NCBI GenBank assembly: GCA_964016885.1
Contig: OZ024743.1
Location: 269,886,001-269,950,000, forward strand
From: Eledone cirrhosa
Lineage: Eukaryota
Length of the DNA stretch: 64,000 nucleotides
Direction of reading: 5' to 3'
Part shown: positions 26,901 to 38,399 of the stretch, in pieces
Layout: the number at the start of each line of letters is the position of its first letter
How positions within the stretch are numbered: position 1 is the stretch's first letter
The notes under the pieces: model-generated
Databases searched by the model: none
Told to the model about the DNA's origin: nothing
The model's input: the letters and a program-made list of their open reading frames with translations, nothing else
Translations under genes and position numbers: made by a program

Positions 26901-29120
26901 GATAGTAGTGTTTGAGGTGGTGTTGGTGTTAGCGGTGTTGGTAGTAGTGTTTGAGGTGGTGTTGATGTTAGTGGTGTTGGTAGTAGTGTTTGAGGTGTTG
27001 TTGATGTTAGTGGTGTTGGTAGTAGTGTTTAACGTGGTGTTGATGTTAGTGGTGTTGGGGGTAGTGTTTGAGGTGGTGTTGATGTTAGTGGTGTTGGTAG
27101 TAGTGTTTGAGGTGGTGTTGATGTTAGTGGTGTTGGTAGTAGTGTTTGAGGTGGTGTTGATGTTAGTGGTGTTGGTAGTAGTGTTTGAGGTGGTGTTGAT
27201 GTTAGTGGTGTTGGTAGTAGTGTTTGAGGTGGTGTTGATGTTAGTTGTGTTGGTAGTAGTGTTTGAGGTGGTGTTGGTGTTAGTGGTGTTGGTAGTAGTG
27301 TTTGAGGTGGTGTTGGTGTTAGTGGTGTTGGGAGTAGTGTTTGAGTTGGTGTTGATGTTAGTGGTGTTGGGGTAGTGTTTGAGGTGGTGTTGATGTTAGT
27401 GGTGTTGGTAGTAGTTTTTGAGGTGGTGTTGATGTTAGTGGTGTTGGTAGTAGTGTTTGACGTGGTGTTCATGTTAGTGGTGTTGGTAGTAGTGTTTGAG
27501 GAGGTGTTGATGTTAGTGGTGTTGGTAGTAGTGTTTGAGGTGGTGTTGATGTTAGTTGTGTTGGTAGTAGTGTTTGAGGTGGTGTTGGTGTTAGTGGTGT
27601 TGGTAGTAGTGTTTGAGGTGGTGTTGGTGTTAGTGGTGTTGGTAGTAGTGTTTGAGGAGGTGTTGATGTTAGTGTGTTGGTAGTAGTTTTTGAGGAGGTG
27701 TTGATGTTAGTGGTGTTGGGGGTAGTGTTTGAGGTGGTGTTGATGATAGTGGTGTTGGTAGTAGTTTTTGAGGTGGTGTTGATGTTAGTGGTGTTGGTAG
27801 TAGTGTTTGACGTGGTGTTGATGTTAGTGGTGTTGGTAGTAGTGTTTGAGGTGGTGTTGATGTTAGCGGTGTTGGTAGTAGTGTTTGACGTGGTGTTGAT
27901 GTTAGTGGTGTTGGTAGTAGTGTTTGAGGTGGTGTTGATGTTAGCGGTGTTGGTAGTAGTGTTTGAGGTGGTGTTGATGTTAGTGGTGTTGGTAGTAGTG
28001 TTTGAGGTGGTGTTGGTGTTAGTGGTGTTGGTAGTAGTGTTTGAGGTGGTGTTGGTGTTAGTGGTGTTGGTAGTAGTGTTTGAGGTGGTGTTGATGTTAG
28101 TGGTGTTGGTAGTAGTGTTTGAGGTGGTGTTGGTGTTAGTGATGTTGGTAGTAGTGTTTGAGGTGGTGTTGATGTTAGTGGTGTTGGTAGTAGTGTTTGA
28201 GGTGGTGTTGATGTTAGTGGTGTTGGTAGTAGTGTTTGAGGTGGTGTTGATGTTAGCGGTGTTGGTAGTAGTGTTTGAGGTGGTGTCGATGTTAGTGATG
28301 TTGGTAGTAGTGTTTGAGGTGGTGTTGATGTTAGTGATGTTGGTAGTAGTGTTTGAGGTGGTGTTGATGTTAGCGGTGTTGGTAGTAGTGTTTGAGGTGG
28401 TGTTGATGTTAGTGGTGTTGGTAGTAGTGTTTGAGGTGTTGTTGATGTTAGCGGTGTTGGTAGTAGTGTTTGAGGTGGTGTCGATGTTAGTGATGTTGGT
28501 AGTAGTGTTTGAGGTGGTGTTAATCTTAGTGGTGATGGTAGTAGTGTTTGAGGTGGTGTTGATGTTAGAGGTGTTGGTAGTAGTGTTTGAGGTGGTGTTG
28601 ATGTTAGTGGGGTTGGGGGTAGTGTTTGAAGTGGTGTTGATATTAGTGGTGTTGTTAGTAGTGTTTGAGGTGGTGTTGATCTTAGTGGTGTTGGTAGTAG
28701 TGTTTGAGGTGGTGTTGATGTTAGCGGTGTTGGTAGTAGTGTTTGGGGTGGTGTTGATGTTAGTGGTGTTGGGGTTAGTGTTTGAGGTGGTGTTGATGTT
28801 AGTGGTGTTGGTAGTAGTGTTAGTGGTGGTGTTGATGTTAGTGGTGTTGGTAGTAGTGTTTGGGGTGGTGTTGATGTTAGTGGTGTTGGGGTTAGTGTTT
28901 GAGGTGGTGTTGATGTTAGTGGTGTTGGTAGTAGTGTTAGTGGTGGTGTTGATGTTAGTGGTGTTGGTAGTAGTGTTTGGGGTGGTGTTGATGTTAGTGG
29001 TGTTGGGGTTAGTGTTTGAGGTGGTGTTGATGTTAGCGGTGTTGGTAGTAGTGTTTGAGGTGGTGTTGATATTAGTGGTGTTGGTAGTAATGTTTGAGGT
29101 GGTGTTGATGTTAGTGGTGT
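17960..29120. repeat. Near-perfect tandem duplication, period 5572 bp (143 units minus 5 bp)
   Basis: Constant offset of 5572 at 18041/23613 (GATCTT), 18920/24492, 19191/24763, 20307/25879, 21803/27375 and 22102/27674. 143x39-5 matches the four indels in each copy (1+2+1+1 bp). Confidence 0.92.
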
Positions 29121-32100
29121 TGATAGTAGTGTTTGAGGTGGTGTTGGTGTTAGCGGTGTTGGTAGTAGTGTTTGAGGTGTTGTTGATGTTAGTGGTGTTG
29201 GTAGTAGTGTTTGAGGTGGTGTTGGTGTTAGCGGTGTTGGTAGTAGTGTTTGAGGTGGTGTTGATGTTAGTGGTGTTGGTAGTAGTGTTTGAGGTGTTGT
29301 TGATGTTAGTGGTGTTGATAGTAGTGTTTGAGGTGGTGTTGGTGTTAGCGGTGTTGGTAGTAGTGTTTGAGGTGGTGTTGATGTTAGTGGTGTTGGTAGT
29401 AGTGTTTGAGGTGTTGTTGATGTTAGTGGTGTTGGTAGTAGTGTTTAACGTGGTGTTGATGTTAGTGGTGTTGGGGGTAGTGTTTGAGGTGGTGTTGATG
29501 TTAGTGGTGTTGGTAGTAGTGTTTGAGGTGGTGTTGATGTTAGTGGTGTTGGTAGTAGTGTTTGAGGTGGTGTTGATGTTAGTGGTGTTGGTAGTAGTGT
29601 TTGAGGTGGTGTTGATGTTAGTGGTGTTGGTAGTAGTGTTTGAGGTGGTGTTGATGTTAGTTGTGTTGGTAGTAGTGTTTGAGGTGGTGTTGGTGTTAGT
29701 GGTGTTGGTAGTAGTGTTTGAGGTGGTGTTGGTGTTAGTGGTGTTGGTAGTAGTGTTTGAGGTGGTGTTGATGTTAGTGGTGTTGGGAGTAGTGTTTGAG
29801 TTGGTGTTGATGTTAGTGGTGTTGGGGTAGTGTTTGAGGTGGTGTTGATGTTAGTGGTGTTGGTAGTAGTTTTTGAGGTGGTGTTGATGTTAGTGGTGTT
29901 GGTAGTAGTGTTTGACGTGGTGTTCATGTTAGTGGTGTTGGTAGTAGTGTTTGAGGAGGTGTTGATGTTAGTGGTGTTGGTAGTAGTGTTTGAGGTGGTG
30001 TTGATGTTAGTTGTGTTGGTAGTAGTGTTTGAGGTGGTGTTGGTGTTAGTGGTGTTGGTAGTAGTGTTTGAGGTGGTGTTGGTGTTAGTGGTGTTGGTAG
30101 TAGTGTTTGAGGAGGTGTTGATGTTAGTGGTGTTGGTAGTAGTTTTTGAGGAGGTGTTGATGTTAGTGGTGTTGGGGGTAGTGTTTGAGGTGGTGTTGAT
30201 GATAGTGGTGTTGGTAGTAGTTTTTGAGGTGGTGTTGATGTTAGTGGTGTTGGTAGTAGTGTTTGACGTGGTGTTGATGTTAGTGGTGTTGGTAGTAGTG
30301 TTTGAGGTGGTGTTGATGTTAGCGGTGTTGGTAGTAGTGTTTGACGTGGTGTTGATGTTAGTGGTGTTGGTAGTAGTGTTTGAGGTGGTGTTGATGTTAG
30401 CGGTGTTGGTAGTAGTGTTTGAGGTGGTGTTGATGTTAGTGGTGTTGGTAGTAGTGTTTGAGGTGGTGTTGGTGTTAGTGGTGTTGGTAGTAGTGTTTGA
30501 GGTGGTGTTGGTGTTAGTGGTGTTGGTAGTAGTGTTTGAGGTGGTGTTGATGTTAGTGGTGTTGGTAGTAGTGTTTGAGGTGGTGTTGGTGTTAGTGATG
30601 TTGGTAGTAGTGTTTGAGGTGGTGTTGATGTTAGTGGTGTTGGTAGTAGTGTTTGAGGTGGTGTTGATGTTAGTGGTGTTGGTAGTAGTGTTTGAGGTGG
30701 TGTTGATGTTAGCGGTGTTGGTAGTAGTGTTTGAGGTGGTGTCGATGTTAGTGATGTTGGTAGTAGTGTTTGAGGTGGTGTTGATGTTAGTGATGTTGGT
30801 AGTAGTGTTTGAGGTGGTGTTGATGTTAGCGGTGTTGGTAGTAGTGTTTGAGGTGGTGTTGATGTTAGTGGTGTTGGTAGTAGTGTTTGAGGTGGTGTTG
30901 ATGTTAGCGGTGTTGGTAGTAGTGTTTGAGGTGGTGTCGATGTTAGTGATGTTGGTAGTAGTGTTTGAGGTGGTGTTGATCTTAGTGGTGATGGTAGTAG
31001 TGTTTGAGGTGGTGTTGATGTTAGAGGTGTTGGTAGTAGTGTTTGAGGTGGTGTTGATGTTAGTGGGGTTGGGGGTAGTGTTTGAAGTGGTGTTGATATT
31101 AGTGGTGTTGTTAGTAGTGTTTGAGGTGGTGTTGATCTTAGTGGTGTTGGTAGTAGTGTTTGAGGTGGTGTTGATGTTAGCGGTGTTGGTAGTAGTGTTT
31201 GGGGTGGTGTTGATGTTAGTGGTGTTGGGGTTAGTGTTTGAGGTGGTGTTGATGTTAGTGGTGTTGGTAGTAGTGTTAGTGGTGGTGTTGATGTTAGTGG
31301 TGTTGGTAGTAGTGTTTGGGGTGGTGTTGATGTTAGTGGTGTTGGGGTTAGTGTTTGAGGTGGTGTTGATGTTAGTGGTGTTGGTAGTAGTGTTAGTGGT
31401 GGTGTTGATGTTAGTGGTGTTGGTAGTAGTGTTTGGGGTGGTGTTGATGTTAGTGGTGTTGGGGTTAGTGTTTGAGGTGGTGTTGATGTTAGCGGTGTTG
31501 GTAGTAGTGTTTGAGGTGGTGTTGATATTAGTGGTGTTGGTAGTAATGTTTGAGGTGGTGTTGATGTTAGTGGTGTTGATAGTAGTGTTTGAGGTGGTGT
31601 TGGTGTTAGTGGTGTTGGTAGTAGTGTTTGAGGTGTTGTTGATGTTAGTCGTGTTGGTAGTAGTGTTTAACGTGGTGTTGATGTTAGTCGTGTTGGGGGT
31701 AGTGTTTGAGGTGGTGTTGATGTTAGTGGTGTTGGTAGTAGTGTTTGAGGTGGTGTTGATGTTAGTGGTGTTGGTAGTAGTGTTTGAGGTGGTGTTGATG
31801 TTAGTGGTGTTGGTAGTAGTGTTTGAGGTGGTGTTGATGTTAGTGGTGTTGGTAGTAGTGTTTGAGGTGGTGTTGATGTTAGTTGTGTTGGTAGTAGTGT
31901 TTGAGGTGGTGTTGGTGTTAGTGGTGTTGGTAGTAGTGTTTGAGGTGGTGTTGGTGTTAGTGGTGTTGGTAGTAGTGTTTGAGGTGGTGTTGATGTTAGT
32001 GGTGTTGGGAGTAGTGTTTGAGTTGGTGTTGATGTTAGTGGTGTTGGGGTAGTGTTTGAGGTGGTGTTGATGTTAGTGGTGTTGGTAGTAGTTTTTGAGG

Positions 32101-32640
32101 TGGTGTTGATGTTAGTGGTGTTGGTAGTAGTGTTTGACGTGGTGTTGATGTTAGTGGTGTTGGTAGTAGTGTTTGAGGAGGTGTTGATGTTAGTGGTGTT
32201 GGTAGTAGTGTTTGAGGTGGTGTTGATGTTAGTTGTGTTGGTAGTAGTGTTTGAGGTGGTGTTGGTGTTAGTGGTGTTGGTAGTAGTGTTTGAGGTGGTG
32301 TTGGTGTTAGTGGTGTTGGTAGTAGTGTTTGAGGAGGTGTTGATGTTAGTGGTGTTGGTAGTAGTTTTTGAGGAGGTGTTGATGTTAGTGGTGTTGGGGG
32401 TAGTGTTTGAGGTGGTGTTGATGATAGTGGTGTTGGTAGTAGTTTTTGAGGTGGTGTTGATGTTAGTGGTGTTGGTAGTAGTGTTTGACGTGGTGTTGAT
32501 GTTAGTGGTGTTGGTAGTAGTGTTTGAGGTGGTGTTGATGTTAGCGGTGTTGGTAGTAGTGTTTGACGTGGTGTTGATGTTAGTGGTGTTGGTAGTAGTG
32601 TTTGAGGTGGTGTTGATGTTAGCGGTGTTGGTAGTAGTGT
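26630..32640. repeat. Further tandem copies of a 2.2-2.5 kb module
   Basis: 27375 to 29830 is 2455 (63x39-2) and 29830 to 32052 is 2222 (57x39-1). TTCATG (27470, 29925), GTCGATG and GTGTTAGTGGTGG variants are shared. Confidence 0.75.
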
Positions 32641-35600
32641 TTGAGGTGGTGTTGATGTTAGTGGTGTTGGTAGTAGTGTTGGAGGTGGTGTTGATGTTAG
32701 TGGTGTTGGTAGTAGTGTTTGAGGTGGTGTTGATGTTAGTGGTGTTGGTAGTAGTGTTTGAGGTGGTGTTGATGTTAGTGGTGTTGGTAGTAGTGTTTGA
32801 GGTGGTGTTGATGTTAGTGGTGTTGGTAGTAGTGTTTGAGGTGGTGTTGATGTTAGTGGGGTTGGGGGTAGTGTTTGAAGTGGTGTTGATGTTAGTGGTG
32901 TTGGTAGTAGTGTTTGAGGTGGTTTTGATGCTAGTGGTGTTGGTAGTAGTGTTTGAGGAGGTGTTGATGTTAGTGGTGTTGGTAGTAGTGTTTGAGGTGG
33001 TGTTGGTGTTAGTGGTGTTGGTAGTAGTGTTTGAGGTGGTGTTGGTGTTAGTGGTGTTGGTAGTAGTGTTTGAGGTGGTGTTGGTGTTAGTGGTGTTGGT
33101 AGTAGTGTTTGAGGTGGTGTTGATGTTAGTGGTGTTGGTAGTAGAGTTTGAGGTGGTGTTGATGTTAGTGGTATTGGTAGTAGTGTTTGAGGTGGTGTTG
33201 GTGTTAGTGATGTTGGTAGTAGTGTTTGAGGTGGTGTTGATGTTTGTGATGTTGGTAGTAGTGTTTGAGGTGGTGTTGGTGTTAGTGATGTTGGTAGTAG
33301 TGTTTGAGGTGGTGTTGATGTTTGTGATGTTGGTAGTAGTGTTTGAGGTGGTGTTGATGTTAGTTGTGTTGGTAGTAGTGTTTGAGGTGGTGTTGGTGTT
33401 AGTGGTGTTGGTAGTAGTGTTTGAGGTGGTGTTGGTGTTAGTGGTGTTGGTAGTAGTGTTTGAGGTGGTGTTGATGTTAGTGGTGTTGGGAGTAGTGTTT
33501 GAGTTGGTGTTGATGTTAGTGGTGTTGGGGTAGTGTTTGAGGTGGTGTTGATGTTAGTGGTGTTGGGGGTAGTGTTTGAGGGGGTGTTGATGTTAGTGGT
33601 GTTGGTAGTAGTTTTTGAGGTGGTGTTGATGTTAGTGGTGTTGGTAGTAGTGTTTGACGTGGTGTTGATGTTAGTGGTGTTGGTAGTAGTGTTTGAGGTG
33701 GTGTTGATGTTAGTGGTGTTGGTAGTAGTGTTTGACGTGGTGTTGATGTTAGTGGTGTTTGTAGTAGTGTTTGACGTGGTGTTGATGTTAGTGGTGTTGG
33801 TAGTAGTGTTTGAGGTGGTGTTGATGTTAGTGGTGTTGGTAGTAGTGTTTGAGGTGGTGTTGGTGTTAGTGGTGTTGGTAGTAGTGTTTGAGGTGGTGTT
33901 GATGTTAGTGGTGTTGGTAGTAGTGTTTGAGGTGGTGTTGATGTTAGTGGTGTTGGTAGTAGTGTTTAACGTGGTGTTGATGTTAGTGGTGTTGGGGGTA
34001 GTGTTTGAGGTGGTGTTGATGTTAGTGGTGTTGGTAGTAGTGTTTGAGGTGGTGTTGGTGTTAGTGGTGTTGGTAGTAGTGTTTGAGGTGGTGTTGATTT
34101 TAGTGGTGTTGGTAGTAGTGTTTGAGGTGGTGTTGGTAGTAGTGTTAAACGTGGTGTTGATGTTAGTGGTGTTGGGGGTAGTGTTTGAGGTGGTGTTGAT
34201 GTTAGTGGTGTTGGTAGTAGTGTTTGAGGTGGTGTTGGTGTTAGTTGTGTTGGTAGTAGTGTTTGAGGTGGTGTTGATTTTAGTGGTGTTGGTAGTAGTG
34301 TTTGAGGTGGTGTTGATGTTAGTGGTGTTGGTAGTAGTGTTTAACGTGGTGTTGATGTTAGTGGTGTTGGGGGTAGTGTTTGAGGTGGTGTTGATGTTAG
34401 TGGTGTTGGTAGTAGTGTTTGAGGTGGTGTTGGTGTTAGTGGTGTTGGTAGTAGTGTTTGAGGTGGTGTTGATGTTAGTGGTGTTGGTAGTAGTGTTTGA
34501 GGTGGTGTTGATGTTAGTGGTGTTGGTAGTAGTGTTGGAGGTGGTGTTGATGTTAGTGGTGTTGGTAGTAGTGTTTGAGGTGGTGTTGATGTTAGTGGTG
34601 TTGGTAGTAGTGTTTGAGGTGGTGTTGATGTTAGTGGTGTTGGTAGTAGTGTTGGAGGTGGTGTTGATGTTAGTGGTGTTGGTAGTAGTGTTTGAGGTGG
34701 TGTTGATCTTAGTGGTGATGGTAGTAGTGTTTGAGGTGGTGTTGATGTTAGAGGTGTTGGTAGTAGTGTTTGAGGTGGTGTTGATGTTAGTGGGGTTGGG
34801 GGTAGTGTTTGAAGTGGTGTTGATATTAGTGGTGTTGGTAGTAGTGTTTGAGGTGGTGTTGATCTTAGTGGTGTTGGTAGTAGTGTTTGAGGTGGTGTTG
34901 ATGTTAGCGGTGTTGGTAGTAGTGTTTGGGGTGGTGTTGATGTTAGTGGTGTTGGTAGTAGTGTTTGGGGTGGTGTTGATGTTAGTGGTGTTGGTAGTAG
35001 TGTTTGGGGTGGTGTTGATGTTAGTGGTGTTGGGGTTAGTGTTTGAGGTGGTGTTGATGTTAGCGGTGTTGGTAGTAGTGTTTGAGGTGGTGTTGATATT
35101 AGTGGTGTTGGTAGTAATGTTTGAGGTGGTGTTGATGTTAGTGGTGTTGATAGTAGTGTTTGAGGTGGTGTTGGTGTTAGTGGTGTTGGTAGTAGTGTTT
35201 GAGGTGTTGTTGATGTTAGTGGTGTTGGTAGTAGTGTTTGAGGTGGTGTTGATGTTAGTGGTGTTGGTAGTAGTGTTTGAGGTGGTGTTGATGTTAGTTG
35301 TGTTGGTAGTAGTGTTTGAGGTGGTGTTGGTGTTAGTGGTGTTGGTAGTAGTGTTTGAGGTGGTGTTGGTGTTAGTGGTGTTGGTAGTAGTGTTTGAGGT
35401 GGTGTTGATGTTAGTGGTGTTGGGAGTAGTGTTTGAGTTGGTGTTGATGTTAGTGGTGTTGGGGTAGTGTTTGAGGTGGTGTTGATGTTAGTGGTGTTGG
35501 TAGTAGTTTTTGAGGTGGTGTTGATGTTAGTGGTGTTGGTAGTAGTGTTTGACGTGGTGTTGATGTTAGTGGTGTTGGTAGTAGTGTTTGAGGAGGTGTT

Positions 35601-38399
35601 GATGTTAGTGGTGTTGGTAGTAGTGTTTGAGGTGGTGTTGATGTTAGTTGTGTTGGTAGTAGTGTTTGAGGTGGTGTTGGTGTTAGTGGTGTTGGTAGTA
35701 GTGTTTGAGGTGGTGTTGGTGTTAGTGGTGTTGGTAGTAGTGTTTGAGGAGGTGTTGATGTTAGTGGTGTTGGTAGTAGTTTTTGAGGAGGTGTTGATGT
35801 TAGTGGTGTTGGGGGTAGTGTTTGAGGTGGTGTTGATGATAGTGGTGTTGGTAGTAGTTTTTGAGGTGGTGTTGATGTTAGTGGTGTTGGTAGTAGTGTT
35901 TGACGTGGTGTTGATGTTAGTGGTGTTGGTAGTAGTGTTTGAGGTGGTGTTGATGTTAGCGGTGTTGGTAGTAGTGTTTGACGTGGTGTTGATGTTAGTG
36001 AAATTGGTAGTAGTGTTTGAGGTGGTGTTGATGTTAGCGGTGTTGGTAGTAGTGTTTGAGGTGGTGTTGATGTTAGTGGTGTTGGTAGTAGTGTTTGAGG
36101 TGGTGTTGATGTTAGTGGTGTTGGTTGTAGTGTTTGAGGTGGTGTTGATGTTAGTGGTGTTGGTAGTAGTGTTTGAGGTGGTGTTGATGTTAGTGGGGTT
36201 GGGGGTAGTGTTTGAAGTGGTGTTGATGTTAGTGGTGTTGGTAGTAGTGTTTGAGGTGGTGTTGATGTTAGTGGTATTGGTAGTAGTGTTTGAGGTGGTG
36301 TTGGTCTGAGTGGTGTTGGTAGTAGTGTTTGAGGAGGTGTTGATGTTAGTGGTGTTGGTAGTAGTGTTTGAGGTGGTTTTGACGTTAGTGGTGTTGGTAG
36401 TAGTGTTTGAGGAGGTGTTGATGTTAGTGGTGTTGGTAGTAGTGTTTGAGGTGGTGTTGGTGTTAGTGGTGTTGGTAGTAGTGTTTGAGGTGGTGTTGGT
36501 GTTAGTGGTGTTGGTAGTAGTGTTTGAGGTGGTGTTGGTGTTAGTGGTGTTGGTAGTAGTGTTTGAGGTGGTGTTGATTTTAGTGGTGTTGGTAGTAGTG
36601 TTTGAGGTGGTTTTGATGTTAGTGGTGTTGGTAGTAGTGTTTGACGTGGTGTTGATGTTAGTGGTGTTGGTAGTAGTGTTTGAGGTGGTGTTGGTGTTAG
36701 TGGTGTTGGTAGTAGTGTTTGAGGTGGTGTTGGTGTTAGTGGTGTTGGTAGTAGTGTTTGAGGTGGTGTTGATGTTAGTGGTGTTGGTAGTAGAGTTTGA
36801 GGTGGTGTTGATTTTAGTGATGTTGGTAGTAGTGTTTGAGGTGGTGTTGGTGTTAGTGATGTTGGTAGTAGTGTTTGAGGTGGTGTTGATGTTAGTGATT
36901 TTGGTAGTAGTGTTTGAGGTGGTGTTGATGTTAGTTGTGTTGGTAGTAGTGTTTGAGGTGGTGTTGATGTTAGTGATTTTGGTAGTAGTGTTTGAGGAGG
37001 TGTTGATGTTAGTTGTGTTGGTAGTAGTGTTTGAGGTGGTGTTGGTGTTAGTGGTGTTGGTAGTAGTGTTTGAGGTGGTGTTGGTGTTAGTGGTGTTGGT
37101 AGTAGTGTTTGAGGTGGTGTTGATGTTAGTGGTGTTGGGAGTAGTGTTTGAGTTGGTGTTGATGTTAGTGGTGTTGGGGTAGTGTTTGAGGTGGTGTTGA
37201 TGTTAGTGGTGTTGGGGGTAGTGTTTGAGGGGGTGTTGATGTTAGTGGTGTTGGTAGTAGTTTTTGAGGTGGTGTTGATGTTAGTGGTGTTGGTGGTAGT
37301 GTTTGACGTGGTGTTGATGTTAGTGGTGTTGGTAGTAGTGTTTGAGGTGGTGTTGATGTTAGCGGTGTTGGTAGTAGTGTTTGACGTGGTGTTGATGTTA
37401 GTGGTGTTGGTAGTAGTGTTTGAGGTGGTGTTGATGTTAGCGGTGTTGGTAGTAGTGTTTGAGGTGGTGTTGATGTTAGTGGTGTTGGTAGTAGTGTTGG
37501 AGGTGGTGTTGATGTTAGTGGTGTTGGTAGTAGTGTTTGAGGTGGTGTTGATGTTAGTGGTGTTGGTAGTAGTGTTTGAGGTGGTGTTGATGTTAGTGGT
37601 GTTGGTAGTAGTGTTTGAGGTGGTGTTGATGTTAGTGGTGTTGGTAGTAGTGTTTGAGGTGGTGTTGATGTTAGTGGGGTTGGGGGTAGTGTTTGAAGTG
37701 GTGTTGATGTTAGTGGTGTTGGTAGTAGTGTTTGAGGTGGTGTTGATGTAAGTGGTATTGGTAGTAGTGTTTGAGGTGGTGTTGGTCTGAGTGGTGTTGG
37801 TAGTAGTGTTTGAGGAGGTGTTGATGTTAGTGGTGTTGGTAGTAGTGTTTGAGGTGGTTTTGATGTTAGTGGTGTTGGTAGTAGTGTTTGAGGAGGTGTT
37901 GATGTTAGTGGTGTTGGTAGTAGTGTTTGAGGTGATGTTGGTGTTAGTGGTGTTGGTAGTAGTGTTTGAGGTGGTGTTGGTGTTAGTGGTGTTGGTAGTA
38001 GTATTTGAGGTGGTGTTGATTTTAGTGGTGTTGGTAGTAGTGTTTGAGGTGGTGTTGATGTTAGTGGTGTTGGTAGTAGTGTTTGACGTGGTGTTGATGT
38101 TAGTGGTGTTGGTAGTAGTGTTTGAGGTGGTGTTGGTGTTAGTGGTGTTGGTAGTAGTGTTTGAGGTGGTGTTGGTGTTAGTGGTGTTGGTAGTAGTGTT
38201 TGAGGTGGTGTTGATGTTAGTGGTGTTGGTAGTAGAGTTTGAGGTGGTGTTGATGTTAGTGATGTTGGTAGTAGTGTTTGAGGTGGTGTTGGTGTTAGTG
38301 ATGTTGGTAGTAGTGTTTGAGGTGGTGTTGATGTTAGTGATGTTGGTAGTAGTGTTTGAGGTGGTGTTGATGTTAGTGGTATTGGTAGTAGTGTTTGAC

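Noticed and set aside
21457-29927. Three minus-strand ATG ORFs (147, 147 and 160 aa)
   Set aside because: The ATG comes from a single TTG-to-TTC variant copied by duplication. Each ORF crosses a frameshift and ends at a variant stop, so there is no support for them as genes.
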